Positions 46,586-54,740 of a stretch of 60,023 bases of DNA are shown one piece after another (within the stretch, counting starts at the first letter, position 1; the number at the start of each line of letters is the position of its first letter). The DNA comes from a virus. Its lineage: Duplodnaviria > Caudoviricetes. Below the pieces are notes generated by a model. That model worked only from the letters and a program-made list of their open reading frames with translations, ran no database searches and was not told the DNA's origin. Location of the stretch: the IMG/VR virus record IMGVR_UViG_3300025280_000036, positions 1 through 60,023 of that record; one strand, given 5' to 3'. Position numbers and translations under genes: made by a program.

Positions 46586-47339
46586 TCTGGCACATGCAGG
46601 TGATAACCTGATCACCATTCAGACCAAGGGCAGTGGTACAACCATAACGACCAAGCAGATTGGCAGCAGCAATATCACGGGCGTCTATTGTGGGCTGGGC
46701 AGCTTCGACAATTCACTGGTCAATACTCATAATTGTGATGACGCGACCATCACATCAGTAGTTGATGGTGTATCGAACGTCGTGTACTCGCAATCGGTAT
46801 GGTCAAATCATTCCGATCAAAGCTGGATCACAACCGTTACCGGGACTGACAATTACGCGGTGATCGATATGGATGAATCAGGTAGCACGTCAAGGATCAC
46901 CCAGATTGGCAATGATAATCAGGCATGGATTCTGGGTTCAGGTGTTGACAACGTATACAAAACCGAACAAACCGGCGACGACATGTACGCCAAAATTATC
47001 TCGTTCGCTGATGACAGCGACATCTGGATCACGCAGGAAGGCAGCGGTGATCACAATGCCTACGTCTATAACTCCGGGAGTGCTCATCGCAACGACACCC
47101 GATTGATCCAGAAAGGGTCGGGTAACAAAGATGCCGATGTGTTCTGGTACGGCGCAGACGATGGCGATTTAACGCTTACCCAGCAAGGCAATGGATCACA
47201 TACCTCGCTCATCAAATTTTATACGGACGACTACGATGTCACTGTCGTCCAAAAAGGGACCACCAACAAGGCTTACTCAGCTACGTTTAATTGTGTAAGT
47301 AATTGCGACAAAACCATCAGCATCACGCAACAGAATTGA
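46542..47339 (+). CDS. Secreted curlin-like beta-solenoid protein 2
   Basis: Signal peptide; ITQIGNDNQA, ITQEGSGDHNA, IQKGSGNK, LTQQGNGSH repeats. Confidence 0.75.
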   Translation: MARAIILSLFFSLLSLAHAGDNLITIQTKGSGTTITTKQIGSSNITGVYCGLGSFDNSLVNTHNCDDATITSVVDGVSNVVYSQSVWSNHSDQSWITTVTGTDNYAVIDMDESGSTSRITQIGNDNQAWILGSGVDNVYKTEQTGDDMYAKIISFADDSDIWITQEGSGDHNAYVYNSGSAHRNDTRLIQKGSGNKDADVFWYGADDGDLTLTQQGNGSHTSLIKFYTDDYDVTVVQKGTTNKAYSATFNCVSNCDKTISITQQN

Positions 47340-49120
47340 AAATCCTGCTCCCAATTTTGCTGGCGTTGTTGTTGCTGCGGGTGTTCGATCCGTTCCCGGT
47401 GGAGACCCTTAGACTAAAATACTTCGATGCGCTGCTCACCATCAAAGAGCCCGTCCAGAGCAAAACGATTTCCCTGTACAACATCGATGAAGCGGCACTG
47501 GCTGAAGGAGGGCAATGGCCGTGGCCTCGCCAGCAACTGGCGGCTCTCAATGATCAATTGCTTGATGCAGGTGCAGTGGCAGTGGTCTACTCTGTGTTGT
47601 TTCCTGAAACAGATCGATTCGGCGGGGACGCGGAATTTGCCGAGAGCATGGGCCAAGTTCCTACCTTCCTCTCGGCGGTAGCGACTGCCGACACTGACAG
47701 GCAGGAAGGCTGGCACATCGGGGTCACCACGATGGGGCCGGTCGAAGAACACGTTCTGAGCTATCCCGGCATCCTGCCGAATGTTGATGTACTTCAGCAA
47801 GCGGCGGCTGGTACCGGGATCGTCAACACTGCCGCGGAGGTGGATGGGCTGGTGCGGAGGGTACCGATGCTGGTGAAGGTTGGGGAGAGCCTCTACCCGG
47901 CCCTTGGGCTGGATGTGCTGCGTGGGCTGGCGGGTGACCCTTCTTATCAAGTAAAAGCCGCTCAGAGCGGCATACAGACCGTTAGAGTGCCTAATTACAG
48001 CACCATCGAGACCGATAGCTCTGGTAGGGTGTGGGTCGATTGGAACACGACGTTTTCTCCAGAACCCCTAGCAGGCACCATCGTCTTCGTGGGGGCTACC
48101 GCAGCCGGGGTTTCCCCTGTTGTTTCAACCCCAAGACTTGGGATGCATCCGCATCAGGTTCAAGCAAACCTGTTTGAGACCCTGCTGAACGGCACGTCGC
48201 CGGTACGCCCGGACTGGGCGCTGGGTGCTGAAATATTGGTTGTCCTGATTTTTGGCCTTTTCACAGCGTGGTCAGTGCGTTATTTGCCTGTTTTGGTTGT
48301 ACCAGTAGGGGTCATTGGGATCGGCGCTCTAGCGGCCTCTGCCAGCGTCTGGGGCTATCTAAGTTTAGGCATTCTGGTTGATGCTGCATTTCCGGTACTT
48401 TCTAGCCTCACAATCGGTGGAACGGGTGTAGCTCAGAGAATGATCAGTGAATATCGCCAGAAATTGCAGATCAAGGGGATGTTTGGAACGTATGTCAGCC
48501 CCAAGCTGGTTCAGCAATTGGTGGACGATCCATCCTTGATGAAGCTCGGCGGCGATACCAAGACCATGAGTTTTCTGTTTTGTGATATCGTTGGCTTCAC
48601 CCCTATCTCGGAGCATTTCAAAAACAACAACGATCCGCAGGGACTTGTCACCCTCATCAACCGTTTGCTGTCTGCCTTAACCGATGTGGTGCTGTCCCTC
48701 GATGGCACCATAGACAAGTACATGGGCGATTGTGTGATGGCGTTCTGGAACTCACCTGTGGATTGTCCCGACCATGAGGAAAGGGCTGTGACTTGTGCTG
48801 CCATGATGCTGGTCGCGCTTGAACATCTCAATGAGGAACTTGAACTTGAGGGATTACCAAAATTAGGCATTGGTGTCGGGCTTAACACTGGGCCAGCAGT
48901 CGTGGGAAATATGGGGGGCAAGCAGCGTTTCGATTACTCAGCTATCGGGGATAGCGTGAACGTGGCTGCTCGCTTGGAAAGCAGTTCAAGAAAGTATTCC
49001 GAAGATGTTTTGATTGGCGAGGCGACAGCCAAAGCTGTGCCTGAGTTGGTGAAATATTTGGATTCAATTCAAGTTAAAGGTAAAGAGGAACGGTTAGAGG
49101 TTTATACATTGCGTAACTAA
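47336..49120 (+). CDS. CHASE2-domain membrane adenylate cyclase (class IIIb)
   Basis: IDE...GQWPWPR...LFPETDRFGGD, DGLVRRVP; 3-4 TM; FCDIVGFT, DKYMGD, YSAIGDSVNVAARLE, VKGK; TTG start overlaps the previous stop. Confidence 0.93.
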   Translation: MKILLPILLALLLLRVFDPFPVETLRLKYFDALLTIKEPVQSKTISLYNIDEAALAEGGQWPWPRQQLAALNDQLLDAGAVAVVYSVLFPETDRFGGDAEFAESMGQVPTFLSAVATADTDRQEGWHIGVTTMGPVEEHVLSYPGILPNVDVLQQAAAGTGIVNTAAEVDGLVRRVPMLVKVGESLYPALGLDVLRGLAGDPSYQVKAAQSGIQTVRVPNYSTIETDSSGRVWVDWNTTFSPEPLAGTIVFVGATAAGVSPVVSTPRLGMHPHQVQANLFETLLNGTSPVRPDWALGAEILVVLIFGLFTAWSVRYLPVLVVPVGVIGIGALAASASVWGYLSLGILVDAAFPVLSSLTIGGTGVAQRMISEYRQKLQIKGMFGTYVSPKLVQQLVDDPSLMKLGGDTKTMSFLFCDIVGFTPISEHFKNNNDPQGLVTLINRLLSALTDVVLSLDGTIDKYMGDCVMAFWNSPVDCPDHEERAVTCAAMMLVALEHLNEELELEGLPKLGIGVGLNTGPAVVGNMGGKQRFDYSAIGDSVNVAARLESSSRKYSEDVLIGEATAKAVPELVKYLDSIQVKGKEERLEVYTLRN

Positions 49121-49217
49121 AAAGTGCCCAGCGTGGTTCGTGCGGGGACCACACTCTGGGCCGTATCCCCGTTTTTACAATTCGTACATTTGAAAGAAAA
49201 TCCTAAAGGGTTGACTT

Positions 49218-50141
49218 TTAGGATTCTTTCATTTCTTCATCAAGAATAAATCTGCCTAAAGCCTCAACCACCTGTGGCACGACAGCATTACCGAGCGACT
49301 TCAGACGCGGTGTGCGATCAGGGCATCCATTGATCACTCTTGGGATTCCTCCAGGTTCGTCCAGCCATCTGGAAACCCCATCAGGAACTCTACAAACGCT
49401 GGATTGAGTTGACCATGAACCTTCTGACGTTCCCCCGCCTCGTTTATCACTTTTGTCGTTAAACTTTCCTGTGAACCCTTTTTCCCTCGGCTCCTGTCTT
49501 GATAGCCGAGTCTCGCTTCGTGGCTCATGGGCGTCGGCCACAGACGAGGATCTCGCACCTGTTGGGAAAGATGGATTTGATGGCGTTCTGCGAGTTTGCT
49601 CGTCATGGCGTGTTTGTAGGATGTTGCTATTGTGTACGCCTCGGCTCGATCCTCGCTGGCGTTTGGCGTTTGCCACAATCCAGACTCGATCCCGCCTGTG
49701 CGGGGCATCGACGGCGCAAGCTGGAACAACAAACGATTGTGTGGCGTAACCCGAATCTTCCAAGTCAGAAAGCACCGTGTCGAGTTCCATGTTGATGATG
49801 CCACTAACATTTTCGCCAACGACCCAAGCTGACTCCACCTCCCGTATGACTCGTAGCATTTCAGGCCAGAGTGCGCGGTCATCTTCCGAGCCTCGCTGGT
49901 TCCCGGCGACACTGAATGGTTGGCAAGGAAATCCACCGCAAACAAGCTGAGTTGCCCCTCTGTATTGTCGTCCATCTAATTCCTCAATATTGTCGTGAAT
50001 CGGTACATCAGGCCAGTGCTTTGCAAGTACCTTGCGACAGAACGGATCAGTCTCGCAAAATGCCACTGTCTCCATCCCAGCACGTTCCAAGCCAAGGCTA
50101 AAGCCGCCGATGCCTGAAAACAAGTCAAGCACGGTCATCAT
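49218..50141 (-). CDS. C5 cytosine DNA methyltransferase, alpha chain (motifs I-VIII and X)
   Basis: LDLFSGIGG, GGFPCQPFS, ENV, RRDRVW, LGNAVVP; motif IX absent. Confidence 0.93.
   Translation of the reverse strand: MMTVLDLFSGIGGFSLGLERAGMETVAFCETDPFCRKVLAKHWPDVPIHDNIEELDGRQYRGATQLVCGGFPCQPFSVAGNQRGSEDDRALWPEMLRVIREVESAWVVGENVSGIINMELDTVLSDLEDSGYATQSFVVPACAVDAPHRRDRVWIVANAKRQRGSSRGVHNSNILQTRHDEQTRRTPSNPSFPTGARSSSVADAHEPRSETRLSRQEPREKGFTGKFNDKSDKRGGGTSEGSWSTQSSVCRVPDGVSRWLDEPGGIPRVINGCPDRTPRLKSLGNAVVPQVVEALGRFILDEEMKES
49334..49975 (-). CDS. Nested alternative-frame methyltransferase beta chain (TRD plus motif IX)
   Basis: GAGGA RBS; LWQTP/LWPTP; QLNPAFVEFLMGFPDGWT. Confidence 0.8.
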   Translation of the reverse strand: MDDNTEGQLSLFAVDFLANHSVSPGTSEARKMTAHSGLKCYESYGRWSQLGSLAKMLVASSTWNSTRCFLTWKIRVTPHNRLLFQLAPSMPRTGGIESGLWQTPNASEDRAEAYTIATSYKHAMTSKLAERHQIHLSQQVRDPRLWPTPMSHEARLGYQDRSRGKKGSQESLTTKVINEAGERQKVHGQLNPAFVEFLMGFPDGWTNLEESQE

Positions 50142-50317
50142 TTAATGCTTTTTCCTATGAACACTGGTGCCATTGGCGTTTTTTTTCGATCTATTTCAGG
50201 GCCAGCCCAGAGCCAATGGATGCGCCCGCAAGCCTTGCAACGCACATATTCTCCGACAACTTTCAAATCCCTTTGGACCTTGTGGTCCTTGGTTTCACCC
50301 CCGCAGGAACATTGCAC
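50138..50317 (-). CDS. Small Zn-ribbon protein (59 aa, not in the ORF track)
   Basis: MQCSCGG...RCKACGRI; stop overlaps the methyltransferase ATG. Confidence 0.6.
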   Translation of the reverse strand: MQCSCGGETKDHKVQRDLKVVGEYVRCKACGRIHWLWAGPEIDRKKTPMAPVFIGKSIK

Positions 50318-50342
50318 TATTGATCCCCATCAGCTAAATAAT

Positions 50343-50648
50343 TTAATAATCGATTAGTTTTTTTGCCCTGTGCAGAACGTCATTGAATTCTTTCTGATGA
50401 TTGCCTGTATCTGAGTAACTCATCATCTCATACGCTTCGATCAATTCATCGAGGGTTTTTTTCAACTCATCGATCTCTTTCTCGTATTCGGCGAACAGAT
50501 TAATAGGTTTCCAATCCCTTAAAAGTTTTTCAATTTCTTCGTATCGTTGTCTTTTAATAGACCTGATCCTAGCGGCACTACCTATACCGCTCACTGTCGA
50601 AGGCGGTACTTCCTTACGCTTTTTTTCTGGAGGATTGAGCCAGTACAT
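50343..50648 (-). CDS. Hypothetical protein
   Basis: GGAGGA RBS. Confidence 0.6.
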   Translation of the reverse strand: MYWLNPPEKKRKEVPPSTVSGIGSAARIRSIKRQRYEEIEKLLRDWKPINLFAEYEKEIDELKKTLDELIEAYEMMSYSDTGNHQKEFNDVLHRAKKLIDY

Positions 50649-50650
50649 TT

Positions 50651-50878
50651 TCAACGATCCTCCTCCCAAAACGCGATCAAATCTTCTGGCTTTGCAGCCG
50701 CCACTTCGTGTAGCTCAGACGATACAGGAAGCTCAAAAAAGAAATCAGTCTGGACCGCTTCCAAAACATCTGCCCAGTATGCCCGCATATCGTCTGGCAA
50801 CGTGGGCCGATCAAGAATTTTTTGAACAGCATCGATACGGCTTTGCTTCAATTCTGCTACCAAGGATCGTTCAATCAT
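50651..50878 (-). CDS. Hypothetical protein
   Basis: GGAGGAG RBS. Confidence 0.6.
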   Translation of the reverse strand: MIERSLVAELKQSRIDAVQKILDRPTLPDDMRAYWADVLEAVQTDFFFELPVSSELHEVAAAKPEDLIAFWEEDR

Positions 50879-51147
50879 GCTCTCCTCCATACTCTTACCC
50901 CCCGTGAGCCACCTTCAACCACCGAACGCATGGTCAGCATCGAGCCGTGCATTCGTTTCAGGTAGGCCATTCTGTTCGACAACACACGATAAGCGTGTGT
51001 GCTAGGCAACACGCCGCGAAAAAAAATACTGTCGCCGGGTTCCAGCTTACGCAGCAAGCCGAACGGGTGACCGGCATGGAATCGTCGCGGCGGCAGCGGG
51101 ATGTTACGATCAATGCTCGGTGGCGCAAATGGCGGGTCATCACTCAT
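50875..51147 (-). CDS. Small DNA-binding-like protein, paralog of 53899-54159
   Basis: IDRNIPLP...LEPGDSIFF...GVRVWR. Confidence 0.7.
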   Translation of the reverse strand: MSDDPPFAPPSIDRNIPLPPRRFHAGHPFGLLRKLEPGDSIFFRGVLPSTHAYRVLSNRMAYLKRMHGSMLTMRSVVEGGSRGVRVWRRA

Positions 51148-51431
51148 CGGGTCTTAGGCAAAAGCCTGTATTCGTAAAGCCCTCGCCCAGCGTTTCCACG
51201 CCGTCTACGCTCGACCGTGTGAGCGCCAAACCGCGGTTTACGCAAGTGGCGTAATTGAGCAGAGACCGAAGGCGAAGGGGCGTGAGTCGCGCTCGCAATC
51301 TCAGCCAAAGTGCGCCATTCCCTGTCGGACATCAGCATGAATATCCGCTTGATCTGTCCCGTCAGCCGACTGAAATCCAGTTCGGGCTGATAATCCGGCC
51401 CATCGAAATGGGTTTCAGGTAACCTTTCCAT
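51144..51431 (-). CDS. Winged-HTH protein
   Basis: WRTLAEIA...SVSAQLRHLRKPRFG...YEYRL. Confidence 0.75.
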   Translation of the reverse strand: MERLPETHFDGPDYQPELDFSRLTGQIKRIFMLMSDREWRTLAEIASATHAPSPSVSAQLRHLRKPRFGAHTVERRRRGNAGRGLYEYRLLPKTR

Positions 51432-51555
51432 CGCTAACCTCCCGCCAATATATTGAGTTGCAGGTCAGACAGCCGTTTTGCTGGAACACATGCCCCCGCT
51501 CTCCCGCACGATCCGACCAGATTGCGCCGCAACGGACGCATTCCCATTGCCGCAA
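51415..51555 (-). CDS. Small Zn-ribbon protein
   Basis: WECVRCG...CLTCNS. Confidence 0.5.
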   Translation of the reverse strand: MRQWECVRCGAIWSDRAGERGHVFQQNGCLTCNSIYWREVSDGKVT

Positions 51556-51556
51556 G

Positions 51557-51928
51557 TCAGAATGGGAAATCGGTATCGGCTGCTTCTGTTGTGGCTTCAG
51601 GGGCCGTGACCGTGGTTGTTTGTGCAACGTCGCCTTCCTCAAATAAATGGTTGTGTTCGTTGCCGTAGTACACCGAACTTGCAATCCTGAAATACTTGCT
51701 GCCGTCTTCCTTGGCCGTGTTCAACCACGCGCTCAAGTTGATGCGCGGTCCTTCGTCCGGGTTCTGGCCGTCCTGCGGGAAAGCGTTGTTACGCAACAGC
51801 ACGATAAGCGTTTTCAGCATGTCTTCCGTTACGACGATATGGCCCCTGTAAGGGGGTTGCCGATTGCTGGTGGTGGCATCCTTGTTGCGCCAGATGCCGC
51901 CCTGATTACTGCTAGGGAATTTATCCAT
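51557..51928 (-). CDS. ssDNA-binding protein-like
   Basis: QPPYRGHI...LSAW...KYF; acidic tail DTDFPF. Confidence 0.7.
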   Translation of the reverse strand: MDKFPSSNQGGIWRNKDATTSNRQPPYRGHIVVTEDMLKTLIVLLRNNAFPQDGQNPDEGPRINLSAWLNTAKEDGSKYFRIASSVYYGNEHNHLFEEGDVAQTTTVTAPEATTEAADTDFPF

Positions 51929-52769
51929 CGGTGGTTTCTCCTGTGGTTTGATAGGTGTGTTGCAGTTGTCTTAACTCTTCGACAGACATTTGTCTCAGAG
52001 GCTCGATGCGCTCATTGAACGCTTTGATTTCGTTCTGGTAACCGCGGTTATACAGTTCAAGCAAGGTCTTGCGGTTGCGTTTGGTGAATTCCTCGATCCA
52101 CCCGGCAGCCGTCTTGGGGTCTCCAGCTTTGGCTGGAGTGCCTTCCGGCGGCAGGGCAAACATCACGATGGTGACGTAGATGAACTCCAGCACCTCCTTG
52201 ATGGTGTCCAGTGTCACGTCAACGTCAACGTCAATTTTCTTTTCTATCGTCATCATTCTGTCCTCAAGCGTCCATTTTTGGCCGCTAATAATTACCGCCG
52301 CTGCTGGTTTGACTTTGCTTACAGGCGGGGTGGTTTTTTTAGGTGCAGGAGCTTTCGCTTTTTCGTTGATCGCATGATGCACTTCATCAAAGGAAGCGTA
52401 GTTGCCGCCGCCGAGGCCACAGGCAGACAAACTGCGCCCAATCGAACTTGTAAGTGTGTTTTCGACACACGAAGTCGAATTAACTGGCCCACTACCTCGG
52501 AACTCCTCGGCAAAATCATTGGCAATAACGCGCCATGCACCATTTACAAATACACTAATAGTTGTTTCAGCCAATACCTTTGTTTCATCGACCACATGAA
52601 TCGTAGAAATAATTCTGCCATCTTCTCCATAGGCTTCCCGAAACGCCTGTACTCGCGTATGCACTTCGGCGTATAGCTTGCCCCTGATGTTGACCTTGTT
52701 TTTGTCTGGCAGGTCAGCCATGTTTTTGACCGCGCCGAGCAGTCGATCTTGGTTGTAGTCCTCACTCAC
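51921..52769 (-). CDS. Single-strand annealing protein (Rad52/Sak-like)
   Basis: IRGKLYAEVHTRV...VENTLTSSIGRSL...G; between nuclease and SSB genes. Confidence 0.65.
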   Translation of the reverse strand: MSEDYNQDRLLGAVKNMADLPDKNKVNIRGKLYAEVHTRVQAFREAYGEDGRIISTIHVVDETKVLAETTISVFVNGAWRVIANDFAEEFRGSGPVNSTSCVENTLTSSIGRSLSACGLGGGNYASFDEVHHAINEKAKAPAPKKTTPPVSKVKPAAAVIISGQKWTLEDRMMTIEKKIDVDVDVTLDTIKEVLEFIYVTIVMFALPPEGTPAKAGDPKTAAGWIEEFTKRNRKTLLELYNRGYQNEIKAFNERIEPLRQMSVEELRQLQHTYQTTGETTDG

Positions 52770-52999
52770 GTCATTGACTCCCTCATTGATTTGGTGATGA
52801 TGTCGGCGATTTCGTAAACCGCCAGCTTGTCGAACAGCGTCATAGGTATTTGGGTTAGCGGTCTGCCGAGCATCGTGAACACCACCTGATCGCCTTCAAT
52901 CCTCAAGCGCAGGTTGGATTGTTGAAACTGTGGCAAGCCCCACAAGCCCAGAATCTTGCGGGTCACGCTGTCCAGCATGTCGAATTCAAGCGTCGGCAT
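52766..52999 (-). CDS. Hypothetical protein
   Basis: Coupled ORF. Confidence 0.55.
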   Translation of the reverse strand: MPTLEFDMLDSVTRKILGLWGLPQFQQSNLRLRIEGDQVVFTMLGRPLTQIPMTLFDKLAVYEIADIITKSMRESMT

Positions 53000-53912
53000 G
53001 GCTTTGCGATTCCACGTATCGTGTGTATTGAGAACACCAGCGATTGACCTCGCAGTAATCCTCACAGCGAGTGCGCTTACCAAGGCGGTGCTGGATGACG
53101 TGATCGCCATTCAACTTGTTGTCAGCAGCCCAAGCGATGGCCTCGTCCATGCTGCTGCATACCTTGCTGGCTCGTTTGGCTGTGGCTGATTTAAGCACCA
53201 CAAATTTATCACTCTGCGCCCACATCTCGGCGTCTGAACATTCAACCAAATCCTGATGCAGCAACGCGGCATAAGATGCCTGTTGGTGCAGCGCCAATCG
53301 CTCCTCCACGTAATCAGCAATTGTGTCGCTCTCCCACATCGGCACTGGCAATTGCAACACCGGGCTTTGGGGGTAATCAGCGCGAGTTTTCGCCTGACTG
53401 GCGATCCAGTCTCGCAGGATCACAAGAATATAAAGTTCTGTGACTTGCATCCCCTTGGCTTTTTCAACGAAAAATTTCTGCACTTGCAGTTGCCGATCCC
53501 ACTCCGGCTTGATGCCGTTCTCTTCATGCTTGGCCGCAAACAGCACCGACCTGACGCTTGTCACCTTGTAATCAATGACGATGACCGTGCCATCGGGATT
53601 GAGGATTTGCAGATCAAGCTGGGTGGAGGTCCGTAGGCCGTTTGGGTGATCCCAAAAAATGCGCTCCTCGGCAATGGTGTCATCGCCGGAAGTGGCGAAT
53701 TGCATCACGGCATGGACGCCACGGCCCAGCACGCCGAAAAATGCCAAGGGCAATGTTTTCTTGATCTCATCCTTATGCGCTTTTTTCAACTGCATGATCC
53801 GGGCGCTGTCAATTATCTGGGTGCCAGTGATGTCCGAATCCCCGGCATCATAGCTATCGTGCATGAACCCATTGAGAACCTGCGGCGAAATGTAGCCGTC
53901 ATCCGCTGGCAC
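52986..53912 (-). CDS. PD-(D/E)XK (Cas4-like) exonuclease
   Basis: GRGVH...EER...QLD...IDYK...QL; C-terminal RCEDYC...WC; GGAGG RBS with GTG start. Confidence 0.85.
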   Translation of the reverse strand: MPADDGYISPQVLNGFMHDSYDAGDSDITGTQIIDSARIMQLKKAHKDEIKKTLPLAFFGVLGRGVHAVMQFATSGDDTIAEERIFWDHPNGLRTSTQLDLQILNPDGTVIVIDYKVTSVRSVLFAAKHEENGIKPEWDRQLQVQKFFVEKAKGMQVTELYILVILRDWIASQAKTRADYPQSPVLQLPVPMWESDTIADYVEERLALHQQASYAALLHQDLVECSDAEMWAQSDKFVVLKSATAKRASKVCSSMDEAIAWAADNKLNGDHVIQHRLGKRTRCEDYCEVNRWCSQYTRYVESQSHADA

Positions 53913-54159
53913 GACTGACCCTCCATATCCGCAGGCCGTGTTCCGATTCCTTCGCAAGCCGAAATTTGTAATGCTGATGCTTTCGTGAGAACCTTGCCAG
54001 CCTGATGCGACAGGACACCAGCTTTCGTTCCAATTCACGCTGCGTTGCGGCAGGAACGAGGATTGAGTCGCCCACTTTCATCTCCCTCAAAGGCAACGGC
54101 CCGACCTCAACCCGCTCGCTCAAACGCGGCGGCAAGGGAACGCCCTTTTCGATCTTCAT
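53899..54159 (-). CDS. Small DNA-binding-like protein
   Basis: MKIEKGVPLP...MKVGDSI...GLRIWR. Confidence 0.75.
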   Translation of the reverse strand: MKIEKGVPLPPRLSERVEVGPLPLREMKVGDSILVPAATQRELERKLVSCRIRLARFSRKHQHYKFRLAKESEHGLRIWRVSRASG

Positions 54160-54221
54160 AGTCTCACCATAATGTATATTTTATTCATAATGTTGCGTGA
54201 TTTACAGTCCCAAGTATAGCC

Positions 54222-54695
54222 GTGCCTGAGTCCCAAAGTAAAGCCCCGCGTGAGATTTCGTTTACCGTCCTCGGGCAGTGCTACAGCAAGGCCAATTCAC
54301 GACAACTCGTCACAATAGGCGGGAAACCGCGGTTCATTAAGTCTCGACCCGCAAGGTTGTACGTTACTGATTTTCATAAACAATGCCCCAAACTGACACA
54401 CCTGATGGAAGGTGATTTGGTAGCCGAAATTCATTTGACATATAACAGTAGACGGCCCGATCTTGACTGCAGCCTCATACTGGATGCGATGGAAAAATAC
54501 ATTTATCAGAACGATAGACAAGTGCGAGAGCAACACCTATATTGGGACGGAGTGGATAAGGAAAACCCGAGAGCAGAAATTACAATTCGTGAAAGAAAAG
54601 CCCCTTCCAGCATGGAGCCGGAAAGGGCTAAAACGGCAGCGAGGACTTTGCTGCCAAGCGCAGGGAGAAAACCAAAAATCTCCCCGCGCAGATGA
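54222..54695 (+). CDS. rusA: RusA-like Holliday junction resolvase
   Basis: SKANSR...RRPDLD...ILDAM...NDRQV...DKENPRAEI. Confidence 0.8.
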   Translation: MPESQSKAPREISFTVLGQCYSKANSRQLVTIGGKPRFIKSRPARLYVTDFHKQCPKLTHLMEGDLVAEIHLTYNSRRPDLDCSLILDAMEKYIYQNDRQVREQHLYWDGVDKENPRAEITIRERKAPSSMEPERAKTAARTLLPSAGRKPKISPRR

Positions 54696-54740
54696 TTATG
54701 AACCAATCGATAAAGGAACACCACCAAAGAGGATATCGCC

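Noticed and set aside
44841-47339. Assigning csgA/csgB symbols
   Set aside because: Repeats are curlin-like but irregular and Cys-containing; orthology cannot be supported by eye
47336-49120. Pycsar/CBASS-type defence cyclase
   Set aside because: Receptor-type CHASE2-TM architecture with adenine-specifying residues and no adjacent cyclic-nucleotide-binding effector
52986-53912. Cas4 as part of a CRISPR system
   Set aside because: It is a solo nuclease in a recombination module with annealing protein and SSB genes
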